Shown here: positions 1 through 11,029 of the stretch, piece by piece
Layout of the letters: each line of letters opens with the position of its first letter
Numbering within the stretch: the first letter of the stretch is position 1
DNA from: a virus
Taxonomy: Duplodnaviria; Caudoviricetes
DNA: 64,000 bases
Virus record (IMG/VR): IMGVR_UViG_3300037400_002553
Location: 10,204-74,203 of that record
Reading direction: 5' to 3' (one strand)
The notes under the pieces: generated by a model
Databases searched by the model: none
What the model was told of the DNA's origin: nothing
What the model saw: the letters and a program-made list of their open reading frames with translations, nothing else
Translations under genes and position numbers: made by a program

Positions 1-1822
1 CATCGATATGATTTATATTATCACTAGCGCCGTTGAAAAATACTCCTGGGTATTGATATTCACTGGTTTTCTCATCTTTACATAATGGAAACGGAGGTAT
101 TGTTGCATCTCCTTCCCAATATTTCGGTATGTCACTATTTTTATTAGTTAATCCTAAGTATGAAGAAGTCCTTTTTCCATCACCATTTGCAATTGAAGAG
201 TTAATGTTATCTAAAACATTTGTTCTTAATGCGTGTATAAAAGTATCAATATGTGCGAAAATCATTCTGAAAACATTCTCAATTGTAGGTCTGAATTTTA
301 ATTTCTTTTCTACAATATTTAACATTTCTTCGTCCGCATCTTTTCTTATACTTTCAAGTTCTTCTGTAACTAAGTCTAATCTTTTGTTTACCTCTTCTTC
401 AAAATTACCTTTGTAATATGTAAAATATCTATTAGGTATAAAAGTTCCTTCTTTTGATTTAATGCCAGGAACTTCTGTTTTAATACTATCTAAATAGTCT
501 ATTACTGAATCTATTTCTTTGTTGTTTGTATGTGCTATCTTATCATATAATGTGTTAACCTCTAGAGTAAAGTCTATATACTCACCAGTTAAATTTGCAC
601 TAGTGAAGTCATTTAAATTTAATTTATCATTTTCATTTTTTACATAATTTTGATTATATGTTAGAACCAAATTATTTAAATTGTCAAATTTTTGTTGTAT
701 TAATGTATGACGCAAACTGTCGCTAAATAATAAAAACGCCTTCGGATTTTTTTCGTTTTTATGAAATATTTTTATTTCATTTGTATTTGTTGTAAATTGA
801 GCATTAAATATATTAAATGCTTCTAAAATCTCTTCTAACGAATTTTTAGCATCATTTAATTTCTTATAAATTTTTAATATGTTGCTATTATTAAAACCAT
901 CATCATTTCCTTCTTTTTTTAATTCATAATATGCTTTAAGATATTCAACAAATGTCATTATTGGCTGTTCGTCTGTGTATTTAAATCTTCCTTCTGATGT
1001 TAACGTTTGACCAGACCAGTACTCATAATCATAATATGGTGCTGTAAAAATAAGACTCATTGGTAAATCTGTATATAAACCGTACATGTAACCAATAAAA
1101 CTTACATTTACATCAAAATTTCCATTTGTTGAATTAAAACTTGTTTTAAAATCATTAACGGCAAGTTGAAATGTTACCCTATTACCATAATAACCCATAA
1201 CAGTAAGCATAAAACGAGGATATGGGAAATGGAATAATGATTTAAAAAAACTAGAAGACATCTTACCATTCTCTTCTGATATCTTTTTATTTTTTTCTTC
1301 TTTACTTAAATTTTTATCATTTATTATAGCATCTATTCTTTTATTATGCACATATTCATTATCTGTAGGGCCAAATAGTGCAGCGGCTCTAACATCAGTA
1401 AATTTAATGTTAACTAATGGAAAAAAGTGTGAATCAAAACTAATATCGATAGAATCAATACCTAATGCCTCTTTTTGACTTTCTCCTTTAGCACTAACCT
1501 CTTGAAATGTTATATCAGTATAAGAATCTGTTAAGTAATTACTTTCATTATTAAAATCTTTTCCACTCATAAATGATATGAATTTTGATTCATACACATT
1601 GTTAGAGTTTTGATATATAGGTAATTTTGAGCCTAATCTATCTGGATTAATAACGCGAAGATCTACATTAAATTGTAAATCTTCTTGATTCCATGAAATA
1701 TTATCCAATGTAACGCCTTTTGATATATTTCCATTTTCATGTATTTTATATTCTGGAAAATCAGTTGGCTCTAAGTAGATGATTCTACCTTTTTTTGCTG
1801 CAAATTCATTGTTATTTTGCAT
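1..1822 (-). CDS. Large virion structural protein (probably baseplate hub/tail-associated), truncated by the window edge
   Basis: Not in the ORF track. ATG at 1822 reads MQNNNEFAAKKGRIIYLEPTDFP; spot-translated segments (SSSFFKSLFHFPYPRFMLTVMGYYG; EYQYPGVFFNGASDNINHID at base 1) are in frame and open. It lies in the baseplate operon. Confidence 0.7.
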   Translation of the reverse strand, partial: MQNNNEFAAKKGRIIYLEPTDFPEYKIHENGNISKGVTLDNISWNQEDLQFNVDLRVINPDRLGSKLPIYQNSNNVYESKFISFMSGKDFNNESNYLTDSYTDITFQEVSAKGESQKEALGIDSIDISFDSHFFPLVNIKFTDVRAAALFGPTDNEYVHNKRIDAIINDKNLSKEEKNKKISEENGKMSSSFFKSLFHFPYPRFMLTVMGYYGNRVTFQLAVNDFKTSFNSTNGNFDVNVSFIGYMYGLYTDLPMSLIFTAPYYDYEYWSGQTLTSEGRFKYTDEQPIMTFVEYLKAYYELKKEGNDDGFNNSNILKIYKKLNDAKNSLEEILEAFNIFNAQFTTNTNEIKIFHKNEKNPKAFLLFSDSLRHTLIQQKFDNLNNLVLTYNQNYVKNENDKLNLNDFTSANLTGEYIDFTLEVNTLYDKIAHTNNKEIDSVIDYLDSIKTEVPGIKSKEGTFIPNRYFTYYKGNFEEEVNKRLDLVTEELESIRKDADEEMLNIVEKKLKFRPTIENVFRMIFAHIDTFIHALRTNVLDNINSSIANGDGKRTSSYLGLTNKNSDIPKYWEGDATIPPFPLCKDEKTSEYQYPGVFFNGASDNINHID

Positions 1823-1831
1823 AATTTCATT

Positions 1832-2143
1832 TTATTTATACAAAGTATTATAAGCATTTATTGCATTGTTATATGCATCAATTGTTAAATTTAATGGAAA
1901 TGGTATTCTTAATATAGCACCATCTGGAATGTCAAATTCCATAGAACCATATTCTGGATTGGCCATCATAATTAACCAATCATAGTTTGGGTCGCCGTAA
2001 TATTTACTTGATAATAAATCAAGTCTTGTAACGCCAGCCTTATATATTTCCATATAATCCGTAGATTTACTATATATTGGAACCGATGGGACAATTTCAT
2101 ATTTCCCATTATTTAAAAACCTGCTATATCTATTATATGACAT
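1832..2143 (-). CDS. LysM-like baseplate wedge protein (gp53/tail-X-like)
   Basis: TRLDLLSSKYYGDPNYDWLIMMANP...IPDGAILRIP is a LysM-like pattern typical of baseplate proteins. Confidence 0.75.
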   Translation of the reverse strand: MSYNRYSRFLNNGKYEIVPSVPIYSKSTDYMEIYKAGVTRLDLLSSKYYGDPNYDWLIMMANPEYGSMEFDIPDGAILRIPFPLNLTIDAYNNAINAYNTLYK

Positions 2144-2195
2144 ATTTTATTATTGTTATATTAAAATATAATTATTTTATTATAAAAATACATAG

Positions 2196-5100
2196 TTACT
2201 TTTTACATTGACCATTTCCTTGTGATAAATTATAGCCGTTAAGATTTGTTTTTGCCTCATCATATTCTGCTTTATTTATCTTTGATTTATCGATGTAATC
2301 ATTATTATTGTTACCTTTTGGGTTTCTATAGAGTGTATAATCAGATTCATCTTCTGAAGGTTTAATATTGAATACGTAATCATAAGTCATATCACCACTT
2401 CCATTTGTATCTCTTCGCACTCTATCTGCTCTATTATCATATACACCAGTATTAGCATAATAATCAAATGAAACAGCATTTTGTAATCTACTAATAGGGC
2501 CTTCAAGTGATTGACCACCAATAATAGTAATACCTAAGTTAACTTTTGCATACATAGGTTGTACGCCAATGCCTTCTGGGTTTAAATCCCATTGCATACC
2601 ACCATTATCATAGTTAATATTAATATTATTAATAATAATTCTTGTATTAATAAAGTCGCCAATACGTAACACACAAACAGGCATTCTACCGAATGCTAGG
2701 TTATGTGCTGTCTTAACACCATTACCAGATTTTGCTTCGTATGTGTGCCCTTGTCGTGTACATTGATGTAAAAAATTTAAACGAGCATTAAATCCTTCTG
2801 GCGACATTGAGTGAAACGCTGGATTAAAATATTTAAACTTCTCTTTAATACTTTTGAATATTAGTGGATGTTCAATATTTAATTTCTCGAAATATTCGCT
2901 TTCAGTCTCATATCTAGTAACTCCACTACCAGTGAATACAGAATATAAATATTGGTCTTTCTTCTTATCTACAGTTTCTTTTAACTTACCCAATGTATCA
3001 CACTCACTCTTATATTTTTTCTTTAACTTTTGTGCCTCTTTTTCTTTTTCTGCTGCTTCTGCCGATTCTTTTTCTGCATTATATAAATTTTCAGCATTAC
3101 TTTTAACCTCTTCTGTTATTGCATTAATCCTATCAGATAAGAATTCCGTCATATTTGTTAATGGACCTTCTGGTGATAATACTGCATCCAAAACGTCTGA
3201 TATTGCATCACTCCTTTTTGGATCTTCAAGATCTTGATGGTCATAGAAGTATTTTAATATAGAAGCAAATCGTTCTGCATCATCTTTTAAAAATTCATCG
3301 TCAATACAACAATCGCTTGTTCCTATAAAGTTACTTACAAAATCACAAGTTTGATATAATACAGTACTTGTTGTTAAAGTATCACCATCACCATAATTAT
3401 GATCTACAGCATCTTTATACCCTAAATCTAATAAATATTTTAAATATATTGATTGTCTCAACTCGCAATATAAATCATCATTATTAAACAAATAATAGCA
3501 GCCATATTCAAACCCTTCGTCTACATTATTAATAATTTGTCTAACGGTTAAATATTCAATAAGAAGTAAATTATAACTTAAATTTCCACTACAATCTTCA
3601 CACTGTAACTCTGTATTATAACCACTGTAAGGAAAATATTCCCATGAAGCGGTTATGGCAGTTTCGTGTACTGGATAAGTTATTGACGTACCGTTACTAT
3701 TTTCTCCACGGAAATTACCAATACTAAAATCTGAATCACATTCAAACAACTTTTCGAAATATATCTCTGTTTTTGTTAAATCAATGTTAGTTGGCGTTCC
3801 ACCATTTATTTTGTTATATTCTTTAACTGCATCAGAATTCTTATTGTCAGCATTATTAAATTTAAGTTGTTCTTGTTCTATACTTTTTTCTAAATTACTT
3901 ATATTGTCATTTAATTCATCTATCTCATTTTCTAGTTTTTCCTTTTCCTCTATCGTTAATATATTAATTGTATTATTTTTACTATCAATCTCTTTCTGTT
4001 TTTCATTTCTCTCTTTTATTAAAATAGGTTTCTTATATTCTTCCTCTATTGATAAATGTGACAGTTCAAAATTTATAACATCAATACGGTCTTGTAATCT
4101 TTCAATACTTTCTTCTAGATCATTAATACTTGTATTTACACTTTCTAATTCTTCTTTTTTTTCTTCTATTTCAGATTCTTTATTTATTTTTTCGGTTTCA
4201 TAAGTGTCGATTAAAGTTTCCGCCGCATCCTTTTCTCTCTGAGTTTCAATCACTTTTATAGTTGCGGCTTGTTTTTTGGAATTATAATCATTTTGAAATT
4301 CAGATGGTACCCACGTTCCACCATCACTGTTTAAATGGTCTAAAAAATTACAGTTTAAATCTGTACTTATATCACCGCCAATACAAAGTGCTGGCATGAG
4401 ATATTTAAATCCATATTTTTCAACTAAAGGAAATACTACTTTTTTATTCCAATCATCATCTGATGCATTATTCCAATATGAATCATCTGTGTAATCTATT
4501 TCATTTTCTTTACACCATTTTTTAATTTCATTGTCAAAATTATTATATTCTAACTCAAAATCTTCATTATCAAAAATAATGTCATATTCATTAATTATAC
4601 TTGCCCCTGCTTTTAACTTATTATACCATTTTACAAATGCTTCCTCGTCTGTTTGTTCTTCTTTACGAGTCATTTCTTCCTCATTAGTTGCATTTTCTGA
4701 CATAGAAGATAAACTCTGTTTTGTACCAGGTAATGTATATTCTACCGTTACAAAAGCATATCTTTGTAATTTATTTTCTTTATCATTTGCTGATTTAGAA
4801 GGATCACTTTGTGATGATTGTGATGAAAATTCAATATTTTCATTATTTATTTCAATTCCATAAACATCTTCAGTAAACAATTTTTTAATTGATTCTGCTC
4901 TTCTAGCCGCTAACATTCCAGAATTCTTTTTATCGTTACTATCGGCACTACCAAAAATTTTAATAGAATCAATAGTTAATCCGTCTGATTTAAAATCTTC
5001 GGATAATTTTTTAACTGAATTGGCTGAACACCCATTTTTAAGCAAAAAATCTAATAATAAATTAGCATCAATATCTGATAACGCTTCCATTGCGTTATTA

Positions 5101-7706
5101 CTATTTTTTGTGTTCAATCTTTTTGCGGTAAGTAATGCAGCAATAACTTCTCCAAATGAATAATCGGCACCTTTTTGGAAATTTTTATTATCCAATTTAC
5201 TATTTAATTGATTTGAGTTTTTATCAATAAAACTTACGTTAGTTGGATTTGGTTCTTTTAAATATGCCCCTAATTTTTGTCTTAAATCGCTATCGACTTT
5301 ATATTTATAACACCACTTTCCATCACCAGTCTTATCAACTTCATCTGCGTCGTTTTTATATACATTAGTTGTATCACCTATACAATCATCTCTTCTTTCC
5401 CAATGGCATTTTGACACTCCTATCCACGCATCTTTAAATCCATCATCTATACTAGCAACACCATATTGTTTAGATATACCATCTCCTTGTGTTATTTCAT
5501 AGCCAACCCAAGCATTATATTCGCTACCTAATGCATCATTTGTTCTGAAAAATTCACAATTATTACCAACTAATATATATTTCCACCAGTCATTATAATA
5601 ATCTTTTATATTTTTACCACTTTTATCTGAAACTATGCCAGAAAAATTATTTGGGAAATATACATAGAAACTAAATTTTTCATGTCTTTTTAGTTCTGGT
5701 TCTGGATCTGGAGTAGTTTCTGGTTCTTCTTCAGTTGTTTCCTCTGATTTTTTAATTTCTGGCATTTCACAACCAGCAAAATAACGTAAAATATCACTAT
5801 CAATATCACTACTAAGATCACCGTCATCTAATCTAGAAAAACTATTAACTATAGAAGGATGATCGATTAATAATGTAAATGATAATGTACCTGTTCTATC
5901 TGTATTTGTGTATGTATAAACCTTTTCTCCGCGGCCGATAAATGTACTTTCATTCCATGCGACATTTACATTTTCACTAAATGATAAATCATATGGTGGA
6001 AACCACATAATTCTACCGCCATTTGGCCCTGTTTGCTCTTTACTAATATAATTTTCCTTTGTGAATTTAGGTACATCCTTCCACGCTAGATTTTCAATTG
6101 AAAACATACATTTATCAATTGACACGCCACTTTTACCTGCTGCTACGTCACCTTCTGATGGGCAAATATTAACAAAACCATTCTTATTAAGAACAGTGTT
6201 ATCACCTAAATACTTAGGGCCAATTAACTTTCTACTATCTTTATCTCTTGATCTATATTTTCCGTTAAGTTTTTGAACAGCCTCTATAGACATTGCAGTC
6301 GCTTCTCCATTATCATTAGTAATAATAAAAGGCCTAATTAATTTTTTTACTTGATTATATTGATGATGGTAGGTCCATGTACGACAATATGGATTATCAT
6401 AGCCATTAGTATCATCAGCATCTGCAACTTCGCTATCCTGTGCTTTTTTAGTTAATAAATTTCGGCCATGTGAATTTCCATATTTACTCTTTGCTGTATC
6501 AATAAATTCTTGTTCTGTTGGAATACCACCATCTACAGAAGTGTGAAAACGCCCAACCAACGTATTTAGTTTATGATAATTAAATAATTGTGCCGTCTTA
6601 CTTAATATTGATTTCTCATTCTTATTAAAATCTATTGCTTCATAATGCTCCCATGATGCATCATCTTCATTGGATGGCGCATTTTCATAAGTGTAAGTTG
6701 CATTATCGTTTTCATTATATATGTCATACGTCTTATCCGTGTTAGATTTATATACAGAAGTAAAGTTGCTTTGTGATATAAAATCAGTTAAATCAAGTAC
6801 ACTCTCCTTACCTTCAATATAATTAACATATCCTTCTTTACCTAACTCATACCCACTAAATCCTATATTGTGTTCTGCTAAATATTTCTTCGCATTTTCG
6901 ACATTTTTAGTCATCCAATGGATATTTAAATCTCCAACTGCATCTTTAAAACTATGAATAATATGGGCATCAGCCCCTAAATCTTCCCTTAACTCATAAT
7001 CACCAACACCTACACGAAGCATATCACCGAGTTTCGTAACATTAGAAAGATTATTACCATACTGATTAATCAAACTTCTTGTAATGTATTTTGTCTCACT
7101 TTTTCTATCACTATTAAATATAGCACCATTATATAGTAATGTTGAATACATAAAGTTAGTAATCGTACCCAATGGAGTATCAACACTCTTAAGATTATTA
7201 GTATTTGTGGTTATTATACCTTGTTTTGCTATAGGTATATTAATATCACGAATAACTCCAACCTCTGTCTGTCTTAATGCATTTTCCATGTATTGACCAG
7301 ATAGAAAGTCATTAATATATCTGACATGCCTTGAGTAAATATCTTCTCCTAAAACATCATCTAAATAAGATATATAATCAACATAATCCCCACCCCATGC
7401 TTGTATTTGATCAAAATTTAAATTCTTAACTGAATATATATCCTTTTTCCTATTTTTATTAAAGTATTTACGATTAATAGAATTACCATATGGTTCTGCA
7501 CCATTATGAGTGTAATCTAACAATGGTTGATTATTAGTGATTGAATATAAAGGTCTATCATAATCAATATTATAGACCTCTCCTATTGCTGGAACTAGAT
7601 TTTCAGTATATTGAAAATATTTACCGTAATTTCTTCTTAAATGTTCATCCCTTGTTTTTGAATTTTTATCCAATACACTAGGTACTTCTGCTATTTTTGA
7701 TTTCAT
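2196..7706 (-). CDS. Giant baseplate/tail-tube-initiator-like protein with an OmpA_C-like segment and a long coiled coil
   Basis: 1836 aa. Tube-initiator-like motifs (IMWFPPYDLSFSENVNVAWNESTFIGRGEKVYTY; PVCVLRIGDF...WDLNPEGIGVQPM), an OmpA-like stretch (IKIFGSADS...MLAARRAESIKKLF) and an E/K heptad region. Lies directly downstream of the tape measure gene. Confidence 0.65.
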   Translation of the reverse strand: MKSKIAEVPSVLDKNSKTRDEHLRRNYGKYFQYTENLVPAIGEVYNIDYDRPLYSITNNQPLLDYTHNGAEPYGNSINRKYFNKNRKKDIYSVKNLNFDQIQAWGGDYVDYISYLDDVLGEDIYSRHVRYINDFLSGQYMENALRQTEVGVIRDINIPIAKQGIITTNTNNLKSVDTPLGTITNFMYSTLLYNGAIFNSDRKSETKYITRSLINQYGNNLSNVTKLGDMLRVGVGDYELREDLGADAHIIHSFKDAVGDLNIHWMTKNVENAKKYLAEHNIGFSGYELGKEGYVNYIEGKESVLDLTDFISQSNFTSVYKSNTDKTYDIYNENDNATYTYENAPSNEDDASWEHYEAIDFNKNEKSILSKTAQLFNYHKLNTLVGRFHTSVDGGIPTEQEFIDTAKSKYGNSHGRNLLTKKAQDSEVADADDTNGYDNPYCRTWTYHHQYNQVKKLIRPFIITNDNGEATAMSIEAVQKLNGKYRSRDKDSRKLIGPKYLGDNTVLNKNGFVNICPSEGDVAAGKSGVSIDKCMFSIENLAWKDVPKFTKENYISKEQTGPNGGRIMWFPPYDLSFSENVNVAWNESTFIGRGEKVYTYTNTDRTGTLSFTLLIDHPSIVNSFSRLDDGDLSSDIDSDILRYFAGCEMPEIKKSEETTEEEPETTPDPEPELKRHEKFSFYVYFPNNFSGIVSDKSGKNIKDYYNDWWKYILVGNNCEFFRTNDALGSEYNAWVGYEITQGDGISKQYGVASIDDGFKDAWIGVSKCHWERRDDCIGDTTNVYKNDADEVDKTGDGKWCYKYKVDSDLRQKLGAYLKEPNPTNVSFIDKNSNQLNSKLDNKNFQKGADYSFGEVIAALLTAKRLNTKNSNNAMEALSDIDANLLLDFLLKNGCSANSVKKLSEDFKSDGLTIDSIKIFGSADSNDKKNSGMLAARRAESIKKLFTEDVYGIEINNENIEFSSQSSQSDPSKSANDKENKLQRYAFVTVEYTLPGTKQSLSSMSENATNEEEMTRKEEQTDEEAFVKWYNKLKAGASIINEYDIIFDNEDFELEYNNFDNEIKKWCKENEIDYTDDSYWNNASDDDWNKKVVFPLVEKYGFKYLMPALCIGGDISTDLNCNFLDHLNSDGGTWVPSEFQNDYNSKKQAATIKVIETQREKDAAETLIDTYETEKINKESEIEEKKEELESVNTSINDLEESIERLQDRIDVINFELSHLSIEEEYKKPILIKERNEKQKEIDSKNNTINILTIEEKEKLENEIDELNDNISNLEKSIEQEQLKFNNADNKNSDAVKEYNKINGGTPTNIDLTKTEIYFEKLFECDSDFSIGNFRGENSNGTSITYPVHETAITASWEYFPYSGYNTELQCEDCSGNLSYNLLLIEYLTVRQIINNVDEGFEYGCYYLFNNDDLYCELRQSIYLKYLLDLGYKDAVDHNYGDGDTLTTSTVLYQTCDFVSNFIGTSDCCIDDEFLKDDAERFASILKYFYDHQDLEDPKRSDAISDVLDAVLSPEGPLTNMTEFLSDRINAITEEVKSNAENLYNAEKESAEAAEKEKEAQKLKKKYKSECDTLGKLKETVDKKKDQYLYSVFTGSGVTRYETESEYFEKLNIEHPLIFKSIKEKFKYFNPAFHSMSPEGFNARLNFLHQCTRQGHTYEAKSGNGVKTAHNLAFGRMPVCVLRIGDFINTRIIINNININYDNGGMQWDLNPEGIGVQPMYAKVNLGITIIGGQSLEGPISRLQNAVSFDYYANTGVYDNRADRVRRDTNGSGDMTYDYVFNIKPSEDESDYTLYRNPKGNNNNDYIDKSKINKAEYDEAKTNLNGYNLSQGNGQCKK

Positions 7707-7842
7707 GATTTTTGATCAAATGGTTAATCTTTCTTTTTTATTTTCTTTCTCTATATATTCTTGATTTTAGATGTCTAATATTTATATACCAAGTATTATT
7801 AATTATAATTATTATTTTATATTTTTAAATACTTAGTATTAG

Positions 7843-7865
7843 TAATAACGCGCGCACGCGTATTA
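7843..7865 (-). terminator. CpG-rich hairpin overlapping the tape-measure stop codon
   Basis: Minus strand TAAT-ACGCG-TGCG-CGCGT-TATTA within a very AT-rich spacer; no clear U-tract. Confidence 0.35.
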
Positions 7866-10649
7866 TGCCATACCTATACCAAACTTATCATGGGTCTTAT
7901 TTCTTGCAATTCTAAATTCTTTTCTATTTAATAATTGTTCATTAATATAATCTATTACAGCAGGTTTTAATGAATCAAGTAATACCTTTGAATCAATAGT
8001 TGTTGTTTGGCCATTTAATGATAGTGTTAATGTGCCATTCATATTAATATTTATTGGTTCAATTGACAACTTATCAGCAACATTTGTTAACCCATTTTTA
8101 ATTGCTCCACCCGCTTTAACGACCATGCTTCTTAATTGATCTTTAATAGGCCTTACTGGTCCTCCATTAGCATATCCTTGTGCATTTATTGCGTCAAGTG
8201 TTCCTCTGTTTTTAGCGGCGGCCGCTGCATTTATAACATATTCACCATTTGATAACCTAGCGTGTATTAAATCATCTTTAGGACCTCCAGGACCTACTAC
8301 ACTACCACCATGAGAGAATAATTTCTTATTTCCCATGTCTACTTCCTTATCGTCTTTAATCCAATTGTTATCACTATATTTATATATATCCCATCCTTTA
8401 GTTTTTGCTTTTGTATATCCTTGTGCTTGTGCTGCATTTAATAAACTTATAAGTTTTTGATCAAATTCATCTTGTGAAAATTTACCTTTACCGTTTCTAC
8501 CTTTTTCTGCTTCTGCAATATCTTCTGCTGACATACCAAGTTGTTTTAGAATATTAACACTTCCGCTGTGTAACTTTCCAGTATAAAAATCATCAGAAAT
8601 ATCTTCAAATAACTCAGCATTTGCTTTATTGAGACCCATATTTTGAGCCATCTCCTCATCAGTGCCACCGACTAACTTAGCCATCATATTAACAATCCTA
8701 GTTTTCAATACATCTAAGATGTCGTTAAGTTTATCGGTCACCGTTCTTGTTGTTACGAGTATATCACCAACCGTAGCGCCTTCTTTTAATGTTTTTTGGT
8801 CGCTTTCATTCTTTAATCTCATTTTATCTTCCATTGTTAAAGAACTAACAGCCTTCGTTTCTTCATTCTCTTGACCAGCATTAAATGTTACAACTGCTTC
8901 GCCTTTCTCATTTATTCTCGCTATATTTTTAATATATGTTTCAGTAGGCTTATCAAGTCCCTTTCCTAATTGGCTAGTAACCATATTTTCTCTTGCTAGA
9001 TTCATAGCCATTGACATCATTTCAGATGGATCAACACCCATTTCCTGAGCGGCTTGTTTCATTCTTACACGGTTAAATGAGGTTATATCAATGTGTCCCT
9101 TTTTCTCATCAAATTTTGCCATTGATGAATACATATTAACCATACGATCCATTAAACCCTCTGCATCATTTAACCCCTCATAAAGCATTTGTAATGGATT
9201 TCCGAATCTAGCAAAATCTCCGCCCAAAACTGATAATCCAGCACCAGCCTGAACAGCGCCTTCTAGTGTTGATACTTTATCTGCAAATCTGGCTGCTTGG
9301 TCCATATTAAATTTAAGCGCCACAGAACGCTCTGCCATTCTCTCTAATGCTTTAACACCACTGGCAAATGTGTAATTTTGAGCCATTTTTAAGTTTTTAG
9401 TAACAGCATTAGTTACAGCCTTAGCATTTAAGCCATGTTTACCTGCAGTTGAATATATACTTGCAATCTTTTTATCTATAACATCAACTGATAAACCGAA
9501 AGTGTCATATTGTGAAATGACATCCTTATCAATACCAAATTTTGTTAAATCCTCTAATGATTTATATTGGCTTTTAGACATGTATTCAAAATTTCTACCT
9601 GTCTTTTCAGATAATTCTGCCATGTTTTTAAGGATGTCTTGCATTTTATATGCCATTCCACCCCACTTTGAAATTTCAGAAGCGACTGCCGATGCTTGAA
9701 TTTTCATTTTTTGCATTGCTCTCTCGCCACCACCTACATTTCTTACATAACCCTGCGCTGCAACGTTAAGTTTATCATATTCTTCTACCATCATGGCAAT
9801 ACCCTGTGCCGCTGCACCAATTGCCTTACCCCATGGGCCAAAATTACTAGTAATATCAGAAACTTGTTTACCAACGTCTGTTATTGATACTTTATCTTTA
9901 TTAAGAAAATTAGCAGTTTTTTCTAATCCAACCCCAGCACCGTTCACTAAACCAACACCAACGGCATTTGCGACGCCTTTAACTCCACGTCCTCCTCTTC
10001 CATATGCTTCAAGAATGTTTTTAGTAATATCTTTGTTAAGAATGTATTTTCCTAAATCACCCTTAAAACTACCATTTTCTCCTTTTCTAATTAATTCTTC
10101 CTTATATTTTTTATTGATTTCTTCCTGAAGTTTTGTTTTTATTTCCGCGTTTTTTCTCTCATTTTTAATTCTTTCTTCTATTGCGGACTTTTCTTCTTCA
10201 CTTAAAGATTTAAATTCATCCCTTAGTTTTTTTGCTTCTTTTAATTTTTCGTTTTCTTCTGAAAGTTCTTTTCTTTTTATAGTCAATAATTGCCTCATGG
10301 TCTTTTCTTCATCTTTGTTTAAAGCACCACTTGACAATTTATCTTTCATCTGATCAATAATATCTTGTTTTATTCTTCTTTGTTCCTGTTGAAATTTTAC
10401 ATCAGCATCTAATTCTTCCTCATGAGTTTTACTCTGTTCTTTTTTAATTTTTAATTCATTTAAATATATCTCGTTTAAATTCTTCTTAAAGTTTAATTCA
10501 TCACTTAAACTAAATAAAGACGTATTACCAAGCGACTCTACATTCACAGAGCCACCATTACTTCCGTTTGGCATATCAATTTTTAATTGACGAATTGCAT
10601 CCGAAAATGCCTCTTTTAATAAATTTATATCACTTCTTTCTAATGCCAT
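7863..10649 (-). CDS. Tail tape measure protein
   Basis: 928 aa, helical and A/G/K-rich. The C-terminal FSHGGSVVGPGGPKDDLIHARLSNGEYVINAAA motif is typical of tape measures. Sits between the tail chaperone and baseplate genes. Confidence 0.85.
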   Translation of the reverse strand: MALERSDINLLKEAFSDAIRQLKIDMPNGSNGGSVNVESLGNTSLFSLSDELNFKKNLNEIYLNELKIKKEQSKTHEEELDADVKFQQEQRRIKQDIIDQMKDKLSSGALNKDEEKTMRQLLTIKRKELSEENEKLKEAKKLRDEFKSLSEEEKSAIEERIKNERKNAEIKTKLQEEINKKYKEELIRKGENGSFKGDLGKYILNKDITKNILEAYGRGGRGVKGVANAVGVGLVNGAGVGLEKTANFLNKDKVSITDVGKQVSDITSNFGPWGKAIGAAAQGIAMMVEEYDKLNVAAQGYVRNVGGGERAMQKMKIQASAVASEISKWGGMAYKMQDILKNMAELSEKTGRNFEYMSKSQYKSLEDLTKFGIDKDVISQYDTFGLSVDVIDKKIASIYSTAGKHGLNAKAVTNAVTKNLKMAQNYTFASGVKALERMAERSVALKFNMDQAARFADKVSTLEGAVQAGAGLSVLGGDFARFGNPLQMLYEGLNDAEGLMDRMVNMYSSMAKFDEKKGHIDITSFNRVRMKQAAQEMGVDPSEMMSMAMNLARENMVTSQLGKGLDKPTETYIKNIARINEKGEAVVTFNAGQENEETKAVSSLTMEDKMRLKNESDQKTLKEGATVGDILVTTRTVTDKLNDILDVLKTRIVNMMAKLVGGTDEEMAQNMGLNKANAELFEDISDDFYTGKLHSGSVNILKQLGMSAEDIAEAEKGRNGKGKFSQDEFDQKLISLLNAAQAQGYTKAKTKGWDIYKYSDNNWIKDDKEVDMGNKKLFSHGGSVVGPGGPKDDLIHARLSNGEYVINAAAAAKNRGTLDAINAQGYANGGPVRPIKDQLRSMVVKAGGAIKNGLTNVADKLSIEPININMNGTLTLSLNGQTTTIDSKVLLDSLKPAVIDYINEQLLNRKEFRIARNKTHDKFGIGMA

Positions 10650-10673
10650 ATTTCTTTATATATTTTTTCTAAT

Positions 10674-10682
10674 TATAAATAC
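10674..10682 (-). promoter_or_regulatory. Putative late promoter GTATTTATA
   Basis: About 25 nt upstream of the tape-measure ATG; the same oriented motif recurs before many late genes. Confidence 0.5.
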
Positions 10683-10705
10683 TTTCTCCTATAATATTTA
10701 ACAAC

Positions 10706-10732
10706 AAAAAAACACTCAAATAGAGTGTTTTA
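10706..10732 (-). terminator. Rho-independent terminator
   Basis: AAACACTC-loop-GAGTGTTT followed by a T run on the minus strand, directly after the 10730 stop. Confidence 0.7.
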
Positions 10733-11029
10733 TTGCCTTTTTAAGTTAGATTGTTCCATTTCTGCATAAGCATTTAATGCTGCGCCATCAACAGTCTTAG
10801 GCTTACCGTCATTATGCTTACCTGGGTCGTTTGCTTCATTATGTCTTTTTATCCAATATTTTCTAATATATACTGGCATCTCATACATTACTGTTTCGTA
10901 TGGTATCTTGACGTAATTTACACACCCCCATATTTCATCCCATAATGCGTTTTCTGCTTCTGGATTATTAGATATTGACGAAAATAAACTGATCAAATCG
11001 CAGAAAGGTACTAACAGAGCCACCTCCAA
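10730..11029 (-). CDS. Small tail/baseplate assembly protein (gp51/GT-like), possibly a frameshift extension of the upstream gene
   Basis: LWDEIWGCVNYVKIPYETVMYEMPVYIRKYWIK. No ATG near the 5' end; overlaps the end of 10968..12443 in the +1 frame. Confidence 0.6.
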   Translation of the reverse strand: MEVALLVPFCDLISLFSSISNNPEAENALWDEIWGCVNYVKIPYETVMYEMPVYIRKYWIKRHNEANDPGKHNDGKPKTVDGAALNAYAEMEQSNLKRQ

